From Podarcis cretensis (lineage: Eukaryota), in the NCBI GenBank assembly GCA_951804945.1, contig OX638154.1:43772001-43836000 (forward strand): a stretch of 64,000 bases of DNA, in the 5' to 3' direction. A program made the position numbers and the translations under genes. Below, piece by piece: positions 55,001 to 61,000 of this stretch. Each line of letters opens with the position of its first letter. Within the stretch, counting starts at the first letter, position 1. The notes below the pieces were generated by a model that worked only from the letters and a program-made list of their open reading frames with translations, was not told the origin of the DNA and did no database searches.

Positions 55001-58000
55001 AAGCATTTCCCCCCCAATCATAGTAACAAAAGTAACCTCAAAAGTTAAGTTTTAAAACATGCCTTACTGGTGGCTATGGATAAAGTTGCCATTATAGGAT
55101 TAAGTCATTCCTATGAACTTATCAAGAATTGGATGCTATTGTGATAAAAGAGAGAAATGAGTCAAATGTTCACTCTGGACCAGATTGAAATAGAACCCTC
55201 AAACATTTTACTGCCTAGAAGTTCAGCACAAGATGCACAGAGACTCATACCTTTTATTCTGGGTGTTTATGTTGTAGCAGAGGCCCACATACAGAGTTCA
55301 TTATGATGTACATAAAATGCCCAGGCTGACAGAAAGGCTGTTTGGTGCAAGGGACCAATATAATGGTTGCAACTGCTCTGGCTCATTCTGCCATTCCTCG
55401 CTGTGGTTTTACTTCTATTGTCCTTTCCCTTCCCTGCATTCATCCCCTGTGATAGTCATCTGTGTTAATAGCAGAGACTGCCCACAGAGATGCTCTTGAG
55501 ATGAAGCAGAAGGAGAGGGACTTGGGGAGGTTTTGTTGCCAATGTTAAAATGCCCATCTTTCCCAGAGGAAGGGGTGGGGGTGGGGAAACACCTCTTCAA
55601 GCTGTTGCATATTTTCTGATCAAGGGGGCAATGATTTTCCAAAGCTCTGTTGCTCTTGTATGGTTTTGAGTCTCCAGTTCAGTGGAGTGGTGACGACAGC
55701 TTATGTAATTGGCTTCATTCACCAGTACTTATATCCGAAATGTCTGCATCCTGCTAGCAACAGGAGTAGATGGGATGGAGACAAACCTTGTACCTAAGCT
55801 GTTGGTACCATTTCTACTTGGACTGTTGGCTCATACAGGCTTGCCTTTCAATTGAACAAAACAGCAACGACAGTGGAAATCTTATCCACAGATAAGAAAC
55901 ACTCTGGAAGGCTGGGACTGTGTTAAGCACCACTATTTTGAGATAGAAGCACAAAAAATCCACTGATCTTTGCTCCCAAATGCCTGTGCTTTGGATACAG
56001 TGTGCTCTGAACCACCACACCTTTGATTTGCTTTTGGTTCTTCAAATTTGAGTTGAGCAAGAATTTGCCCCATTTTCTCCAGCTGATTGGTTCTTGGGCA
56101 TTGGACACTCCTCGGGGTCATTTTTGGATGATGGGCAGGGGGCAAAGGTGCTTCTTCTGATTACTGCTTCCTTTCACTGTTTCTGTGTGGGCATTTCTGT
56201 TCATTTTTGGCATGTGTGTTTGTCTGTGTCTGAAATCCTGTGTAGTTAAGGAAAGTGGCAGCTGTTTGGAGACAGGACCTCTCTTCAGCTTCCCTTGCAG
56301 TTCCTCACAGGGAATTGTATTTGCCCCCACAGTCCAAGTCCAGCTTTGAGCAGATCAAGAAGGACCATCACCGGACGTCAGCCTCAAATTCTGCTGTGGA
56401 GGCTGGTCTCTTGCAGACAAGGCAAGACCCGGATGCTGATAAGCAAGTTGCTCTCAACAAAGGTACTGGTAAACAATGTGCATCCTAGGAGGGGATCTGA
56501 TTTGGCTTACTGTTTAGGACTCCCCCAAACAACCTGTCTATTTAGTAGTCCTCCTGACTTGCAGATGGATTGTATGGATAGATCTGCTCCATATTGTTGC
56601 CCTTATGGCCTGCTTGTGGACTTCCTTGTGGGCATCTGGTTGTCAACTGTGGGAAGCAGAATGCCAGAGTGGGTGGACTTTTGGTCTGATCCAGCAAGAC
56701 TCCTCTTTTGTCTTTAATGGGACTCAAGGAGGAAGTATATTCAAAGAATAAAGCTTCCATTTCCATTATGGTCCATTAAGATGGGCTTAGGAATGATGGC
56801 AATTTAGTGTTAATAGATGCAAAAGCAGCTTCACTACAGCAGTACATTTCTAGTGCAGGCTGCTGTTGAAATCTGGAAGGACACAGATGTCTAGTCAACA
56901 CCATTAGCACTCTTCTGCTCTTTCCCACGGAGATGACCAGATGCAGTGTGGGACAAGGCTCCTGCATCTTCGGTTGTTTGGAAGAAGGAATTTCGACAGG
57001 TGCAGCTTGGCTCACCCCACTGGTCCTATGATATGACAAGCTGCACCTGTCCAAACTTCCATATCTACAAAACTATTAAAGATGTAATGGGCCTATGGGC
57101 TTGCTTGATCTCTAGATACAAGTCTCTTACACTTCTGTTTAATTTGAATAAAACTAGTTGTTGTGTACAGTGTTCTGATTGTAAACTGCCTTGTGTGTAG
57201 CTGTATGCAACTGAAAAGTGGCATAAAAAATACTTAGAAGCAGCATTTTCAGTGACAGTTGTGGTTGTCAAATCCTGCTGTTCCAGCCACTTGGTATCTG
57301 AAAATAATGTAGGTTTTTTAATCTTTGGGTGGGTGTGGGAAGCCATCTCTCCTTGCAATCAAAGGGCTATGGTGTCCCAAATAAAGAAAACATGGTTATG
57401 TTTGTCCATACCTATTGCCATTGCCGGAAACTTGACTTTTCGCTTCTTGCTGATGAAACACCTTTCTCCCTCCTCTGCATTCTCCCAGTTGGCATTGTTC
57501 CCCCAAGGACCAAATCACCCATGGATGACGACACCATCCCCATGTCAGGTGTGGTGCGGAGGGGTGCCAGCAACTTAGCCAATGGGCTGAATGCCCGGGT
57601 AAGATCAAATTCTGTCATCTTTTCCTAATTATAATTACCATCAGAGGGATTGAGGTGATACAGAGAGGGTTATGCAGCTTGCTAAGATGGGAAAGGAGCA
57701 GGAGGGTGGGAGGGGAATTTAAGAAGATCTCAGGTTATAGTCTCCTTCCTTTTTTGTTTCATTTTACTAGTTAGAACACCTTGGGGCTGCTTCGAAGGGG
57801 CATGGCAATTTTGAGAGAGGGTGTTTAGCCTTTCTCTCCACACACCCCATGCCTTTTCCTTGATGTAAATCTCGAACACTCACACACGCATAGACACACC
57901 CTGGGGGAAGAGACACGTACTAGACAAGTCCTGGTGCTGTTCCTGTTAGTAGCTGGAGAGGAGATCCTAATCACAGTTCTTTCACCTCTGCTCATGTTTT

Positions 58001-61000
58001 GGAAAAGTTGAAAAAGTTTGGGAATGGCAGCAAAAAGCTCATAAAAAGATTGGTGTTATCTATTCACTTGTGAATCGCCTTCCACATATATGTCCCAAGA
58101 CAATTTACTGACATATCCTTAAAAGCAGCTAGAATAATTTTAAAAAGCAGCACAAGAACAACCAAGTATATGTTTTTTAAAAACCAACACAAAATGGACC
58201 CCAGAGGCTGGAAAAGATCTACCTGCCCCACCTCTGCACTATGAGCAAAGCTATAAAGGTAAGCTAGATGTCATTGTGTCTGTTCCTCTGTATGATCACA
58301 CAGGTCTTCTGATTGTGAGGAGGAGACTTTGCAAGCACAGCTGGCGTCTACCTCAGAAGCTTGCCTAATGCAAAGAGGGCAGAAGCAGAGCCAGTGGGCA
58401 TGCGGCATTGGGCACCGAGCCCACAAAGCAAGGCACCCCTCCTCTGCATAGATGGCAAGAGAACTTTAATATTCAGAGGGAAGGAATACCAGTCAAGGAT
58501 ATACAGTGGAACCTTGGTTGTTGAACGTAATCAGTTCCGGAAGACCGTTAGACTTCCAAAACATTCGACAACTGAGGCACAATTGCTGATTAGCAAAATC
58601 CATTGAAAAAATGGAGAAACATGCCTCAGAAGCCATTCGACTTCTGAGGCATGTTTGAAAATGGAAGCATTGCTTCCAGGTTGTTGGCATTCAAAAGCTG
58701 AAACGTTTGACTTCCGAAGCATTTGACAATCAAAGCTCTACTGTATTGCTTTTTAAGCATTGAAAGGAGTTTGTATACACAATTCCTACCATCTTTACGA
58801 CAACCCTATGAGGTAGGTCAGTGTTGCTATGATCCCCCTTATTGCAAATAAGGGCTAGAGGGCAGAGAGAATATGGCTTACTTAGAGCTAAGTCAATTGA
58901 TGGCTTTAGAGTTAAGGTTTGAACAGGAATCTTCCTATCGCAGGCTCTTAGGGAGAAGCAAGACATGGCTGCTGCTCAAAAGGTGGTGCACTCCATTGGC
59001 TGCTGCTTGAAAGAATGCAGTGACATCACATCTCTCCTCCTCTCCTTTTTACGAGGCCTTAATAGGTAGAGAAGAGGTGGGGAGACAAGTCTGCTGTTTT
59101 TGTTTCTTACTACTGGATATCTGGTTAGAAACATTGGAAGCTGCCTTATACTGATTTGCACCATCTAGCTGAGTACTGTCTACACTGGCTTGAGGATTTG
59201 AGGTGGGGTTCTCTCCCAGTAGTACCTGAGGGTGCTGGGAATTGAACCTGGGACCTTCTTCATGCAAAGCAGATTCTGCACCACTGAGCCACAGCCCTTC
59301 TGCCCTTGAATTACACCAACTCTCCTCTTTTATTCCAAAGATAGTGTTGCCAGGAAAGAGCACTGGGGCTTAACTAGATTAGCATTTAACTTTCTCTTGC
59401 AGTGCTCTGGAAACTCTCCCCTAGGGTGCTGAAGTTGGTCAGCATCTGTCTTTTTTCCTTTCTTTTCACTCAGTAACTGCCGTTCTGTTCCCAAAAAATG
59501 CACAAGCAGCAGTAAACTCGCAGCTGCAGAGCGCAGCCAATGGATTGTTAAATTGCTTCCTCTTTTCTCCTCCCAAATCTGTCACCCCTTTCAGAATCAC
59601 CATCTCTCAGACTCACTTTGCTCGTCCTGTCTCCCCCAAACTGTTTTGCCTAGTGGCTGTCCATCCCTTGGCTCTCCATCTTGAAGGGCCATAATAGCTC
59701 AGTGGTACAGCATTGCTGATTCAATCCCCAGCATCTCCAGGTAGGATGGAGAGAGATCCCTGTATGAAATCCTGGAGAGTCACTGCCAATTAATGTATAG
59801 ATAATATTCAGCTAGGGTTGCATATGCACCATACATTTAAAACACATTGCTTCCTCCAAACAACTCTGGGTGTTCTAGACCCCTCAGAGCACCACTATTC
59901 CCAGCACCCATAACATACTACAGTTCCCAGAATCCTTTGTGGGAAGTCATGTTCTGCAAGCTTATGGTGTGTATGCAGCCATGGACCAATGGCCTGACTC
60001 TGCATAAGGCAGCTTTCTATGTTTGCGTATTTCTCTCCTGATATCTCACGTGAGCCCCTTCTTCTCCTCACAACAGAAACCAAAAAGGTTATGTATAGCT
60101 CTATCAATAGTCACATTGGGAAATTCAGGGGAGCTTTTTGAGCAGCGCATTTTCCTACTTAAGATAAACCAGCTTCTTTCCATCGCTATATATAACCACG
60201 AGGCTCGTGTATGTGTGTCTCCCCAGGACAGGCCAAAGAGTGCAGTATTTTCGAATGAAATGAAGGCAAAGATGAGTGTAGAGGAGCAGATTGATCGCAT
60301 GAAGCGCCACCAAAGTGGTTCTATGAAGGAGAAGAGGCGGAGCTTGCAGCTTCCAGCCAATCAGCAACAGGCAGACAGCCTTCTCTCTAAAGCACCTGCC
60401 TCTTACAAAGTGGTAATGTATCCCTGTTGTTGTTTATTAGTTACATTTTTGCACAAAGGTGTCTCAAAGTGACTTGCACAATAAAAGTACTGTATAAATT
60501 ACAAAGACATTAAAACCAGATATGCAGCAATAAACAAAATACTCATCTGAAAATGTATTTCAGAGAACAAATCCTAACCCCCCCCCACTTACACCCCCCC
60601 CAAAGCCCACTGACATAACGAACTACTCTCCCAAGACCCGGGTAAATGAAAATGTTTTGGCTTGGCACCTAAAATTGCACAACAATGGTAGAGATGATTC
60701 AGCCATGTGAGTCTGCCCACCTGGTATAAGGCAGCCCACAACACAAAGTTGCCACCTTTGAGAGCAAGACCACAGAGCTGCCCTTTGCATGGTGAGTTCC
60801 CACCAGTGGAAATAATGACACGTGACACAATTATTAAGGTTAATGGGCTAAATAAGGCCACAACTTTATTGGTTACATGTGATGAGCGGTATTGGCTTAG
60901 GCATTGGTCCTAACAGACTATATCCAACTTCAGCCCGTCCACTTGAAGTCCGGGAAGGGTTAACCACCAGTAGGGGGAGTTCTGCTGATGCACATCAACT

